Positions 47,123 to 58,339 of a DNA stretch of 64,000 bases are shown piece after piece (the first letter of the stretch is position 1; each line of letters begins with the position of its first letter). Location: positions 288,001 to 352,000 of the forward strand of contig CAVSLV010000002.1 in NCBI GenBank assembly GCA_963728915.1, given 5' to 3'. The notes under the pieces are model-generated. The model worked only from the letters and a program-made list of their open reading frames with translations. It was not told where the DNA came from and did not search any database. This stretch comes from an uncultured Gemmatimonadales bacterium (GTDB taxonomy: Bacteria > Gemmatimonadota > Gemmatimonadetes > Gemmatimonadales > GWC2-71-9). The position numbers were made by a program, and so were the translations under genes.

Positions 47123-49266
47123 TCGCGCAGATCGACTTTCCGCGCGCTCCTCCTTTGCTGGTTCCGGCGCCCCGCCCCCGCCTTCGGCCAGGGGATCTCT
47201 TACCCCAGAGACAGCCAAGGTCGATCACGTCGATGACTACTTCGGGACCAGGGTCTCCGGATCCGTTCCGCTGGCTGGAAGACGATACCGCTTCCGCGGT
47301 CAAGGCCTGGGTGCAGGCGGAAAACGCGGTGACCTTCGGATATCTCGACAAGATCCCGTTCCGCACGGCAGCTTCGGGCCCGGCTGGAGCGGCTCTACAA
47401 CTACCCTCGCCTGGGCGCGCCGTTCCGGACCGGCCCGTACTACACCTTCTCGCGGAACGACGGACTCCAGAACCAGTCGGTTCTCTATATCCAGAAGGGG
47501 CTGACGGGAACGCCGAGGTGCTGATCGATCCCAACAAGCTCTCCAGCGACGGCACCGTTCGGCTCGGCGCCGCCCGGCTATCGCCCGGATGGCAGGTACT
47601 TCGGTTACGGCACCTCGAGCGGCGGTTCGGATTGGCAGGAATACCACGTGATGGTCACGGCAACCCGGAAGCCGCTTCCCGACCTGATCCGCTGGGTCAA
47701 GGTTTCCGGGTTGAGCTGGTACCGGGATGGGTTTTTCTACAGCCGGTACCCTGCCCCGGCCGACACGACCAAGGCGCTTTCCGGCTCCAACGAGAACCAC
47801 CGGGTGTATTACCACCGGCTGGGCACCCTCCAGAGCCAGGATCAGCTGGTGTTCGAGGACCCGGCCCATCCCAAGCGCTTTCATACCGTGCAGGTCACCG
47901 AAGATCAGCGCTACCTCATCCTGACCATCTCGGATCGAAGCGCCGCGGGGAACGACGGAAATGCGCTCTACGTCCGGAACCTCACCACCGGCGAAACCGG
48001 GTTCCGGCCCGTCGTGACCTCCTTCCTGGACAGTTACAACGTGCTCGATAACGTCGGCAGCAGGTTGCTGGTGATGACCAACCGGGGCGCGCCCAACTGG
48101 CGGGTCGTGGAGATCGATCCGGCCCATCCGGAGGAGTCGAGCTGGCGGGAGATTCTGCCCGAAAAGCCCGAGCCGCTCGACAATGCCTCGACCGCCGGCG
48201 GTCGCCTCTTCGCCACCTACATGAAGGACGTGGCCCATCGGGTCTACGTCTACGACCTGAACGGGAAGCTGGAGCGGGAAATCGCCCTGCCCACGCTGGG
48301 GCGGGTCGGCGGGTTAGGAGGAAACCACGACGACCGGACCATCTTCTACACCTTCCTGTCCTTCACCTATCCGCCCACCGTCTTTCGGTACGACATCGCC
48401 ACCGGCGCCTCGACCAGCTACCGCCAGACCGAGGTGCCCTTCGATCCGGGACAGTTCGAAACCCACCAGGTGTTCTACCAGAGCAAGGATGGTACCCGGA
48501 TTCCGATGTTCCTGGTCTACAAGAAGGGGCTGACCCTCGATGGGCAACGGCCCACCCTCCTCTATGCCTACGGCGGGTTCAACATTGCGTCCAACCCGTC
48601 GTTCAATCCCCTCCTGGTGGCCCTGCTGGAGCAGGGCGGGGTCTACGCCCTGGCGAACATCAGGGGCGGCAGCGAGTACGGGGAGGCCTGGCATCGCGCC
48701 GGGATGCTGCTCAAGAAGCAGAACGTGTTCGATGACTTCATCGCGGCAGCGGAATGGCTCAAGGCGAGCGGCTACACCTCGACCGCCCGGTGCGCGATCC
48801 AGGGCGGGTCGAACGGCGGCCTCCTGGTCGGCGCGGTCATGACCCAGCGGCCCGACCTCTGCCACGTCGCCCTTCCCGCGGTCGGGGTCATGGACATGCT
48901 CCGATACCACAAGTTCACGATCGGATGGAACTGGGCCGCCGAATACGGTTCCAGCGACGACCCGGTGCATTTCCGGAACCTCCTGTCCTATTCTCCGCTC
49001 CAGAATCTCAAGCCCGGCACCAGTTACCCGGCCACCCTGGTCACCACCGCCGATCACGACGATCGGGTGGTCCCGCCCATTCGTTCAAGTTCGCCGCGAC
49101 CCTGCAGGAGGATCAGGCCGGTCCGAACCCGGCCCTGATCCGGATCGAAACCCGATCGGGACACGGCGCGGTGAACGTCGCCAAGCAGCTCGACCAGACC
49201 GCCGATCTCTACTCGTTCATGTTCTTCAACATGGGCATCACCCCGAACTACCCGGCAATTCCATGA
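47123..49266 (+). CDS. Prolyl oligopeptidase (S9A), frameshifted
   Basis: Motifs [26 protein letters not shown] (catalytic Ser), ADHDDRV and GHG. Start approximate. Confidence 0.88.
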
Positions 49267-50159
49267 ACCGGACGCCCTGACCCGCCGGGAGTTTCTGGCC
49301 GGAACCGGAGCGACGGTGCTGGCGTTGGGCATGCCCGGGGACCTGCCCCGCCTCCGCTGCCGAGCCGTTCCGGATTTCGCTGGCCCAGTGGTCGTTCCAT
49401 CGAGCATTGCAATCCGGCAGGATGGACCACCTCGATTTTGCCAAGGTGGCGCGCACCGAGTTCGACCTCGACGCCATCGAGTTCGTGAACACCTTCTTCA
49501 AGACCCGGGCAACCGACCCGGCCTACCTCGCCGAGATGAACCGGCGCGCCAGGGACTTCGGCATCACCCACCATCTCATCATGTGTGACGCCGAGGGACG
49601 CCTGGGAGATCCCGACGCCGCCCTGCGGAGCCGCGCCGTCGAGAACCACCACAAGTGGGTCGATGCCGCGAAAACGCTGGGCTGCATCACCATCCGGGTC
49701 AATGCGGAAAGCGAGGGCAGTCCGGAGGAACAGCAGAAGCTCTGCGCCGACGGGCTGCGCCGGCTCACCGAGTACGGAGCGAGCCAGGACATCAACGTGA
49801 TCGTGGAGAACCACGGCGGTCTCGCCTCCCACGGCGACTGGATGGCCGGCTTGATGCGCCTGGTGAACCACCCCCGCTGCGGCACCCTGCCAGACTTCGG
49901 CAACTTCTACGAGTATGATCGCTACCAGGGCGTCACCGACATGATGCCGTTCGCCAAGGCGGTGAGCGCCAAATCCTACGATTTCAACGAGCAGGGCGAG
50001 GAAACCACCATCGACTACCACCGGATGCTCAGGATCGTGACCGGGGCGGGGTTCCACTCCTGGATCGGGATCGAGTACGAGGGCGAACGGCTGGGAGAGA
50101 AGGAAGGAGTCGCGAAGACCAAGGCCCTGATGGAACGGATCCGCTCCGAGTTGAGCTGA
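49263..50159 (+). CDS. Sugar phosphate isomerase/epimerase (TIM barrel) with Tat signal, frameshifted N-terminus
   Basis: Motifs TRREFL, ISLAQWS, VENHGG, LPDFGNF and IEYEG. Confidence 0.8.
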
Positions 50160-50182
50160 CCTTCCACTGTCCGCCGGTCCGC

Positions 50183-50941
50183 CTACCAACTCACCTGCAG
50201 CCCTGTCGTCAGGAGACGATCCGTCTTCACCAGATCGGCGGATGGCGGGGTCTTGTTGTACTTGATCTGATAGCTCGCCTTGAGGGCGAAGTGGCTCGAG
50301 ATCGGAGCGACCAGCATGGTCTCGCTGGTGACCCGATGGTTCTGACCCGTCCGCAGATCGGGAATGAACTCAAAGCTCTCCTGGAAATAGGCCGTCTTGG
50401 TGAAACGGTAGCGGTACCGGAAGGCCGTCCGACCGGTGGCGAACTGTCCGCTCTCGGTCATCGACTCGTCGGGAGACAGGTACTTTCGCTCCTGGACGAA
50501 TCCGAACCCTCCCTCGAGCTGAAGCTCGTGCCGATCGGAAGCGAGCGCCGACCAGGTGAACCCGATGCCTTCCTCCACCCGCCGGGCGATTCCGGCGAAC
50601 CGGTCCCGCTCGTATCCCACGAACGCGTAGGTCGCGATGCGCGCCCCGGCGGGATACTCGGCCCGGATCCGCGCCTGCTGACTGTTGGCGTTCTGCTCCC
50701 CGTCGCTGCGTCCATAGATCAATCCGAAGCTCTGGGTGAACAGCAACCGCCCGGACCGAAGCAGCAGGCGATCCGCCACATTGATTGTCGTGACCTCGGT
50801 ATTCCCGGCGGCGTTCACCAGGCCGACGTCGCCGGTGAACTGCACCGGTTTGGGTGCCTCCTGGCCGCTCAACACCGGGGCGGGAAGGATCAGGAGCAAG
50901 GGGAGCAGGAGCGGGCGGGGACGGGGACAGGCCATCGGCAT
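50183..50941 (-). CDS. DUF481 outer-membrane beta-barrel protein
   Basis: Signal peptide, GNT, YERDRFAGI, alternating strands and a terminal W. Confidence 0.75.
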   Translation of the reverse strand: MPMACPRPRPLLLPLLLILPAPVLSGQEAPKPVQFTGDVGLVNAAGNTEVTTINVADRLLLRSGRLLFTQSFGLIYGRSDGEQNANSQQARIRAEYPAGARIATYAFVGYERDRFAGIARRVEEGIGFTWSALASDRHELQLEGGFGFVQERKYLSPDESMTESGQFATGRTAFRYRYRFTKTAYFQESFEFIPDLRTGQNHRVTSETMLVAPISSHFALKASYQIKYNKTPPSADLVKTDRLLTTGLQVSW

Positions 50942-50943
50942 AC

Positions 50944-52143
50944 CTAGTTCGGATAGGGGTAACCCCGGCGAAGCAGCCGGTCGAGGGTCCGGTCCTGGCC
51001 GTAGGCGTCCGGGAACACGATGACCTCGCCATCCGCCCCGGGGAAGGCGGTGGAGTACACGTACATCACGGCGACCGGACGCTTCAGCCGGACGAAGACC
51101 TGGCGAGTCCCGCCGATGGTGCTCGCGATTCGCGCCGGCGGCCACTCGGGACGCTGCCGCAGAATAAGCTGGGCCAGGACCTCACCATTCTGGACCTGCA
51201 CACAGCTCGCGAGCCCGGCATTCGGCGCTGGCGGAGCCGCATCATACACCGGAAAGTCCCCGGTCACCGGAAATTTCACTGCCGCCGCGATATTCTCACG
51301 GGGACGAAACGCCATCATCCACGCCTGCCCGGAGAAAGCCGGCGCCTGACGGCATTGGTCGCTCACCAGCGTCGCCAGAAGCCAGACCGGCGATGCCTCC
51401 GGTTCGATGAACTCGAGCCGCCCCGCCGGGGCACTGAGAAAGACGGCGCGGTCGGCCGGCCGCCGCGGGAGCCAGCGCCAGCGCTCGAGAGCGAGCTCGA
51501 TCCGGCGGATACCACCCTGAAAAAACGGTCGCCGATGGGCGCTGTCCGTCGCGAACCGCCGATAGGTCCCCAGCGCACGTCGCAGCTCGGCGTAGGGGAG
51601 CCATGGCGGTTCGAGCGCCGAGATGACGGAATCGGGGTTTGAAGTGGTCCGGAGACTGCGCAGCAGGGCCACGCCGTCGTAGCTCGGCGGACCCAGATCG
51701 GAAAGCACCCCGCTCTCCTTCCACGAGATCCGCCCCCGGGCCAGGGCTGCCGTGAATCGCAGCGCGGCGATCGAGAGCGCCACATCGAAGCGAATCGCCT
51801 GTTCCTGGTCGGCGCCGCCTCGATCCAGGGTCGCCCGGAGTGCGCCGAGCTGCGGAGCATCGTAGTCCTCGGGATCGAGTCCCCTGCTCGCGGCCGTGGC
51901 CAGAACATCGATCAGCGAGCCCGCTTCGCGGGTGGGCCGGCCATTGGACAACCACAGGGGGTTCCACCCGTTCTCGCCGTACAGAACGAGCATGTCGGGC
52001 TGCACGTCAGTGAACCGCCCCCATCGAATCGCGGGATGGCGCCCTCGTTCGACCAGACGCCGCAAGGCGCCATTCTCGATGCGCGGACCCGTGCTGAGCA
52101 GCAGGAACGGAACCGCGAGGAGTGCGAGAAATCGAGCAGCCAT
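50944..52143 (-). CDS. YcbB/LdtD-like scaffold protein with degenerate L,D-transpeptidase domain
   Basis: Motifs GLDPEDY, DVALS, YAELRRAL and LERWRWLP, with a shortened catalytic region (VKFP...ASCVQVQN). Confidence 0.7.
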   Translation of the reverse strand: MAARFLALLAVPFLLLSTGPRIENGALRRLVERGRHPAIRWGRFTDVQPDMLVLYGENGWNPLWLSNGRPTREAGSLIDVLATAASRGLDPEDYDAPQLGALRATLDRGGADQEQAIRFDVALSIAALRFTAALARGRISWKESGVLSDLGPPSYDGVALLRSLRTTSNPDSVISALEPPWLPYAELRRALGTYRRFATDSAHRRPFFQGGIRRIELALERWRWLPRRPADRAVFLSAPAGRLEFIEPEASPVWLLATLVSDQCRQAPAFSGQAWMMAFRPRENIAAAVKFPVTGDFPVYDAAPPAPNAGLASCVQVQNGEVLAQLILRQRPEWPPARIASTIGGTRQVFVRLKRPVAVMYVYSTAFPGADGEVIVFPDAYGQDRTLDRLLRRGYPYPN

Positions 52144-52178
52144 GGGCAGCAAGTTACCCCCGAAAGTATCCTTCCCGG

Positions 52179-52946
52179 ATGACCGTCCGGGGTGCCACTC
52201 TGCTGGACGCCGCGCTCGAGCTGGCTCGACTCACCGGCAAGTCGGCGCTCCGCCATTTTCGGCGCGACATCGAGGTCGAGCAGAAGGCCGATGGCTCGCC
52301 GGTGACCGTCGCGGACCGGGAGGCGGAGCAACTGGCCCGGGACTGGATTGCCCGGCACTTCCCGAAGGACGGCATCCTCGGCGAGGAGCTCGGGACGACG
52401 CCGGGAACCTCGTCACGGACCTGGCTGCTCGATCCGGTGGATGGAACGCGCACCTTCGTGCGCGGGGTGCCGCTCTGGGGAAGCCTGGTCGCCGTGGTCG
52501 AGGAGAATACCGTGCTCGCCGGAGCCGCGGCGTATCCCGCTCTCGACGAAGACATCGGCGCGGCGCCCGGCAGTGGATGCTGGCACAATGGCCAGCGGTG
52601 CAGGGTGAGCGCGACGGATTGCCTGGAGAATGCCACCCTGCTCACGACCGATGACCGGGGATTCGAGCCCATGATGCGTCGGGGCTGGGAGGCGTTGGCC
52701 ACGTCGGCGGGGACGGTACGCACCTGGGGAGATTGCTACGGTTACCTCCTGGTGGCAACCGGCCGCGCCGAGATCATGGTGGATGCCCGGCTCAACGCCT
52801 GGGATTCCGCGTGTTTCGTTCCGATCATTGCCGAAGCCGGTGGTCGCATGACCGATCTATCGGGTCGGGACGGCTGGGAGCTCTCCAACGCGATCGCTAC
52901 CAACGCGGCACTCGCGACCGCGGCTCGGGCATGCTTCGCGCGTTAG
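52179..52946 (+). CDS. hisN: Histidinol-phosphatase, inositol monophosphatase family
   Basis: Motifs KADGSPVTVAD, GEE, LDPVDGT, WGDCYGY and WD. Confidence 0.75.
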   Translation: MTVRGATLLDAALELARLTGKSALRHFRRDIEVEQKADGSPVTVADREAEQLARDWIARHFPKDGILGEELGTTPGTSSRTWLLDPVDGTRTFVRGVPLWGSLVAVVEENTVLAGAAAYPALDEDIGAAPGSGCWHNGQRCRVSATDCLENATLLTTDDRGFEPMMRRGWEALATSAGTVRTWGDCYGYLLVATGRAEIMVDARLNAWDSACFVPIIAEAGGRMTDLSGRDGWELSNAIATNAALATAARACFAR

Positions 52947-55507
52947 GCATCGCGGCCTGCTTGAGCGCGGCCGTCCCGAACCCCGCTCCGGCCCAGCGAC
53001 TGCCCTATCAGAACCCCGGCCTGCCGGTGGGAGCCCGGGTGCGGGACCTCCTTCACCGTATGTCGCTCGAGGAAAAATTCTGGCAGCTCTTCATGGTCCC
53101 CGGGGACCTCGACGATCCCTCGCACGACTGGTCCCGCGGCGCGTTCGGTCTGCAGATCGCCGCGAAATCCGCCGATCCCGCGGCGCAAGCCTCCCGCACC
53201 AACGACATTCAGCGCTACTTCGTCGAGCGCACCCGCCTCGGCGTTCCGATCATCCCGTTCGAGGAGGCGGTGCACGGGCTGGTCGAGCCGGGCGCAACCG
53301 TCTACCCGCAGGCGATCGCCCTCGCGGCAACCTGGGATACCACCCTCGTTGGCGAGATCGCGCGAGCCATCGCCGCGGAAACCCGGAGCAGGGGGATTCG
53401 CCAGGTACTGTCACCGGTGCTCAATCTCGCGAGCGATGTGCGCTGGGGAAGAGTGGAGGAGACCTACGGGGAGGACCCCTGGCTCGTGTCCCGCATGGGA
53501 AATGCCTTCGTGGCAGGGTTCGAGCGGAGCGGAGTCATCGCGACTCCCAAGCACTTCGTGGCCAACGTGGGAGCCGGTGGGCGGGACAGTTATCCGATCG
53601 CATGGGGCCGCCGCGAGCTGGAGGAGCGATTCTTTCCTCCGTTCGCGAGCGCGATCCGCGACGCCGGGGCCCGATCGGTCATGACCGCCTACAACTCCGT
53701 GGATGGGACGCCGGCAACTCAGAATCGCTGGTTGCTCACCGAGATCCTGAAGCGCGCGTGGCGGTTTCCTGGATTTGTCATTTCCGACGCGGCCGCAACC
53801 GGTGGGGCCGTGGTCCTGCACCACACCGAGCCCAGCACCCCGGTCGCCGCAAAGCATGCGCTGGAGGCCGGGCTCGATGTCGTCTTCCAGTCGTCCTGGC
53901 CGCAGCACCGCCCGTATCTCGAGGCGTTGCGCTCCGGAGGGATCCCGCCGGCTGTCATTGATTCCGCCGTGGCGCGGGTGCTGCGAGCCAAATTCGACCT
54001 GGGCCTGTTCGAGCATCCGTACGTCGCGCCCGACAGCGCGATCCTGTCCGCGAGCAACCCCGGGCACCGGCGGCTCGCGACCCGGGCGGAGGAGGAAGCC
54101 GTGGTGCTGCTCCGGAACCAGGACCACACGCTCCCCCTGGCTCCGGCAATCGGTACCCTCGCGGTGATCGGAGTGGATGCCTCGGAAGCGAGACTCGGCG
54201 GGTACAGCGGTCCCGGTATCGACGTCACGCCCATACTCGACGCCCTGAAGGAACGCCTCGGCGGGCCGCGGGTGCGGTATGCGCCTGGTCCGGGGCGATC
54301 ATCGATGGAATGGGCGGCGATCCCCTCCGATGCGTATCGATCTCTGCACGGCGAATATTTCGGCAATCCGTGGCTCGAGGGTCCTCCCGCGCTGACGCGA
54401 GACGATCCTTCCATCGATGTTCACTGGACCTTCAACCCGCCGGGCCGAGGTCTGGCCAATGACTGGTACTCGGTTCGCTGGGACGGGGTGCTGGTCGCGC
54501 CGCCCTCGGGGGTCGGCCGGATCGGGGTGGAAGGCAGTGATGGCTACCGGCTGTACCTCGATGACCGCCTCGTCATCGATGACTGGGTGAAGCGAAGCGA
54601 CGGGGCGCGGCTGGTGGACGTCGGGTGGACTTCGGGATCCCAGCATGGGCTACGGCTCGAATTCTTCGAGACCAGCGGCAACGCACGGGTGCGCCTGGTA
54701 TGGAACGCCGGCATTCAGGACGACTGGCGCCCCCGGATCGACAGCGCGGTCGCCATAACCCGTGGGGCCGATGCCGCCGTCGTGGTCGCAGGGATCGAGG
54801 AAGGGGAATTCCGGGACCGCGCGTCGCTCGCGCTCCCCGGACATCAGGAGGAGCTGATTCGGAGCGTTGCCCGGACCGGGGTGCCGGTGACCGTCGTCTT
54901 GATCGGCGGGAGCGCGATCACGATGTCCCGATGGGTCGACAGCGTCGGGGCCGTGGTGATGGCGTGGTATCCCGGTGAGGCCGGAGGCAGCGCCATTGCC
55001 AGGATTCTGTTCGGAGACGCGACCCCGGGGGGCCGGCTCCCCATCTCGTTCCCGCTTGCCGAGGGACAGCTCCCTCTGGTGTACAATCACAAACCGACCG
55101 GCCGCGGCGACGACTACCTCGATCTCTCCGGCAAGCCGCTCTTCCCGTTCGGCTTCGGCTTGAGCTACACGAGCTTCGAGTACAGCAATCTCCGGATCGA
55201 CCCGGTCCACCTCACGGCTCGCTGCCTGGTCCGCAATACCGGGCTCCGTGCGGGTGACGAGGTGGCGCAGCTCTATCTCCGCCGGCCTCTGGCATCTGTG
55301 GCGCAACCGGTCCTCCAGCTCGCGGGGTTCGAGCGGCTGACCCTGGCCCCTGGAGAGTCCCGGGAGGTCCTCTTCCATCTCGACCGCCGCCAGCTCATGA
55401 TCCTGGATCGGGATCTCCACTGGGTGATGGAGCCGGGCATCGTTCGGGTGCTGATCGGCGCGTCATCGGCAGACATCAGGCTGCGGGGGGATTTGGCCAT
55501 CCCATGA
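52931..55507 (+). CDS. GH3 beta-glucosidase/xylosidase with PA14 and Fn3-like domains
   Basis: Motifs EEAVHG, WGRVEETYGEDP, KHF, VISD, WYPGEAGG and FPFGFGLSYT. Confidence 0.92.
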   Translation: MLRALGIAACLSAAVPNPAPAQRLPYQNPGLPVGARVRDLLHRMSLEEKFWQLFMVPGDLDDPSHDWSRGAFGLQIAAKSADPAAQASRTNDIQRYFVERTRLGVPIIPFEEAVHGLVEPGATVYPQAIALAATWDTTLVGEIARAIAAETRSRGIRQVLSPVLNLASDVRWGRVEETYGEDPWLVSRMGNAFVAGFERSGVIATPKHFVANVGAGGRDSYPIAWGRRELEERFFPPFASAIRDAGARSVMTAYNSVDGTPATQNRWLLTEILKRAWRFPGFVISDAAATGGAVVLHHTEPSTPVAAKHALEAGLDVVFQSSWPQHRPYLEALRSGGIPPAVIDSAVARVLRAKFDLGLFEHPYVAPDSAILSASNPGHRRLATRAEEEAVVLLRNQDHTLPLAPAIGTLAVIGVDASEARLGGYSGPGIDVTPILDALKERLGGPRVRYAPGPGRSSMEWAAIPSDAYRSLHGEYFGNPWLEGPPALTRDDPSIDVHWTFNPPGRGLANDWYSVRWDGVLVAPPSGVGRIGVEGSDGYRLYLDDRLVIDDWVKRSDGARLVDVGWTSGSQHGLRLEFFETSGNARVRLVWNAGIQDDWRPRIDSAVAITRGADAAVVVAGIEEGEFRDRASLALPGHQEELIRSVARTGVPVTVVLIGGSAITMSRWVDSVGAVVMAWYPGEAGGSAIARILFGDATPGGRLPISFPLAEGQLPLVYNHKPTGRGDDYLDLSGKPLFPFGFGLSYTSFEYSNLRIDPVHLTARCLVRNTGLRAGDEVAQLYLRRPLASVAQPVLQLAGFERLTLAPGESREVLFHLDRRQLMILDRDLHWVMEPGIVRVLIGASSADIRLRGDLAIP

Positions 55508-56873
55508 GCCCACTCGATCGACGCGAGTTCCTGACCGCGATCGCCTCGGCGAGCGTCTCTGCCCATCTGACCCCTCTGACCCCTCTGGCCCCCCGTCCTG
55601 TTCCCTCCCGCTCCCAGCTCGAGTGGCAACGCGATGAGCTCGCGCTCTTCCTGCACTTTGGGGTGAACACTTTCACCAACCGCGAATGGGGCGACGGCAC
55701 CGAGGATCCGTCGATCTTCAACCCCTCCGCCCTGGACCCCGGGCAGTGGGCCCGTGCCGCGCGGGCTGCCGGGTTCCGCGCGATGATCCTCACCGCCAAG
55801 CACCACGACGGATTCTGTCTCTGGCCCACCCGGACCACCATCCATTCGGTGATGAGCAGCCCCTGGCGTGGGGGAAGCGGCGACGTGGTGCGCGAGTTCG
55901 TCGATGCCTGTCGCGCCGAGGATCTCAAACCGGGCCTCTATCTCTCGCCGTGGGACCGGAACAACGTGGCGTACGGAGATTCCCCGAGGTACAACGATAT
56001 CTACTGCGATCAGCTCACCGAGCTCCTGTCCAACTACGGAACGATCCACGAGGTCTGGTTCGACGGCGCCAACGGCGAAGGGCCCAACGGCAAACGCCAG
56101 CAATACGACTGGCCCAGGTTCTGGGGCCTCGTCCGGAAGCTCCAGCCCGAGGCGGTGATCTTCTCCGATGCCGGTCCCGATATCCGGTGGATCGGGAACG
56201 AACGGGGTTCCGCCGGGTCCACCAATTGGTCCACCGTGGACCCCGATGCGGTGCCGTACCCGGGCGCCTCGGGTGACACGGTGACCCGGGCCCTTCAGGA
56301 GGGAGATCCGCAGGGCAGCGTGTGGCGTCCCGGCGAGACCGACGTATCGATCCGGCCGGGTTGGTTCTATCACCCCGAAGAAGACGGTCGCGTCAAATCG
56401 GTGGACGATCTGGTCGAGATCTACCTGAGCTCGGTCGGGCGGAATTCCAAACTGCTCCTCAATGTGCCGCCCACCAGTGAGGGTCTGCTCAACGACGTGG
56501 ACGCCGCCCGGTTGCTCCAGCTGCGCCATCGCCTCGCGGCCATCTTCTCGGAGGATGTCGCGATGGGCCGCGAGCCGGCCTGGCAGATGACCGGTCCTCG
56601 CTCCGCGGTCGGTACCCTGGAGTTTGCCCAGCCCAGCCGGGTCGGCATCGCGGATCTCCAGGAAAACATCGTCCACGGCCAGATTGTCGCACGGTACGAG
56701 CTGGAAGGATTCGACGGCTCGTCGTGGCTCCCCCTCGCGAGCGGAACCACGATCGGCTACCGCAAGCTGGATCGATTCGAGCCGCGGCTCATAACCCGCG
56801 CCCGCCTCAGAATCGAGGAGGCGCTCGAGCCCCCCGGCCGGTGCGCATCGGGCTCTACCGGAGCGAAGAGTGA
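55504..56873 (+). CDS. Tat-exported alpha-L-fucosidase (GH29); apparent 1-nt deletion near the 3' end
   Basis: Motifs DRREFL, FLHFGVNTF, TAKHHDGF, WFDGA and RWIGNE. Adding one C at 56830-56835 gives a stop at 56873 overlapping the next GTG. Confidence 0.85.
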
Positions 56874-58339
56874 TTCCTCCGGCGCCGGATCCCGCGCGCA
56901 TCGCCATTCTGGATACCCAGGGGGTTCACTCCTATGGCGACCTGCACCATGCCTCCGGCCGGGCCTCGGCCACGCTGCTCGGAACCCGGCCCGACCTGCT
57001 CGAAGACCGGGTGGCCTTCTTCGTCACCCCCGGTTTCGACCATGTCGCCACGCAGTGGGGCATCTGGCGGGCCGGCGGGATCGCGGTGCCGCTCGCGCTC
57101 TCTCATCCGGACGCCGAGCTCGAGTACGTGGTTCGGGACTCCGGCGCCTCGGTGGTAGTGACCGAACCGGTGGCGGCGGAACGACTCGCCGCGATTGCCG
57201 CACCGGCCGGCGTCCGCTTCCTGACCACGGCTGAGCTCTTCGCCGCTCCAGTGCCGGCCAACCTTCCGGTCGTGGCGCCCGAGCGACGCGCCATGATCAT
57301 TTATACAAGTGGCACCACCGGGAAGCCCAAGGGTGTGGTCACCACCCACGCGAACCTGGAGGCCCAGATCGGAGCGCTCCTTGCCGCATGGGAATGGACT
57401 CCGGACGACCGGATCCTCCTGGCGCTCCCGCTCCATCACGTGCACGGAATCATCAACGTGGTTTCGTGCGCGCTCTGGGCCGGCGCAGCCTGTGAAATGC
57501 TGCCCCGGTTCGACGCGGCCGTGGTGTGGGAGCGGATCGCCGCGGGGGGGCTCTCCCTGTTCATGGCGGTGCCGACCATCTACCAGCGGCTGATCACGGC
57601 GTGGAAGGAAATGGACCCCATAACCCGCGAGCGCTCGACCGCCGGATGCCACCGGATGCGCCTCATGGTCTCCGGCTCGGCCGCCCTGCCGGTCAGCGTG
57701 CTCGAGGAATGGAAGGGCATCAGCGGCCACACTCTGCTCGAGCGCTACGGAATGACCGAGCTCGGGATGGCTCTCTCGAACCCGCTGCATGGAGAGCGCC
57801 GGCCCGGTTCGGTGGGCGGCCCGCTTCCCGGGGTGCAGGTGCGGCTGGCCGACGAACAGGGCCGCCCGGTCGGCGAGGGAACCCCGGGACAAATCGAGGT
57901 CCGCGGACCCAGCGTCTTTCTGGAATACTGGAACCGGCTGGAAGAAACCCGCGACGCGTTCCGCGACGGCTGGTTCAGAACTGGCGACACCGCGGTCGTG
58001 GAGGGGGGGGCATACCGGATCCTGGGCCGAAGCAACGTGGACATCATCAAGACCGGGGGATTCAAGGTGTCCGCGCTCGAGATCGAAGAGGAGCTGCGGA
58101 CCCATCCTGCGGTTCGCGAGTGCGCCGTGGTCGGCCTCCCCGACCCGGAATGGGGGGAGCGGATTGCGGTCGCCATCGAGCTGCGCGACGGATCGGGACT
58201 GACGCTGGAGGAGCTGCGGGATTGGGCCCGGGAACGCCTGGCGCCTTACAAACTGCCCCGGCAACTCCACTGCACCGGCGAGCTGCCCCGGAATGCGATG
58301 GGAAAGGTGCTGAAACCGATGGTCGCGAAGCTGTTCTAG
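56870..58339 (+). CDS. Acyl-CoA synthetase, malonyl-CoA synthetase (MatB/ACSF3-like)
   Basis: Motifs YTSGTTGKPKG, LPLHHVHG, ERYGMTE and PRNAMGK. Confidence 0.85.
   Translation: MIPPAPDPARIAILDTQGVHSYGDLHHASGRASATLLGTRPDLLEDRVAFFVTPGFDHVATQWGIWRAGGIAVPLALSHPDAELEYVVRDSGASVVVTEPVAAERLAAIAAPAGVRFLTTAELFAAPVPANLPVVAPERRAMIIYTSGTTGKPKGVVTTHANLEAQIGALLAAWEWTPDDRILLALPLHHVHGIINVVSCALWAGAACEMLPRFDAAVVWERIAAGGLSLFMAVPTIYQRLITAWKEMDPITRERSTAGCHRMRLMVSGSAALPVSVLEEWKGISGHTLLERYGMTELGMALSNPLHGERRPGSVGGPLPGVQVRLADEQGRPVGEGTPGQIEVRGPSVFLEYWNRLEETRDAFRDGWFRTGDTAVVEGGAYRILGRSNVDIIKTGGFKVSALEIEEELRTHPAVRECAVVGLPDPEWGERIAVAIELRDGSGLTLEELRDWARERLAPYKLPRQLHCTGELPRNAMGKVLKPMVAKLF

Noticed and set aside
45711..49400. 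Programmed ribosomal frameshifting or phase variation
   Set aside because: Too many scattered indels across unrelated genes and no consistent slippery sites; sequencing error is the simpler explanation.
56874..57234. Extended C-terminus of the second GH29
   Set aside because: Low-complexity read-through over the acyl-CoA synthetase; one extra C in a homopolymer restores a normal coupled stop.
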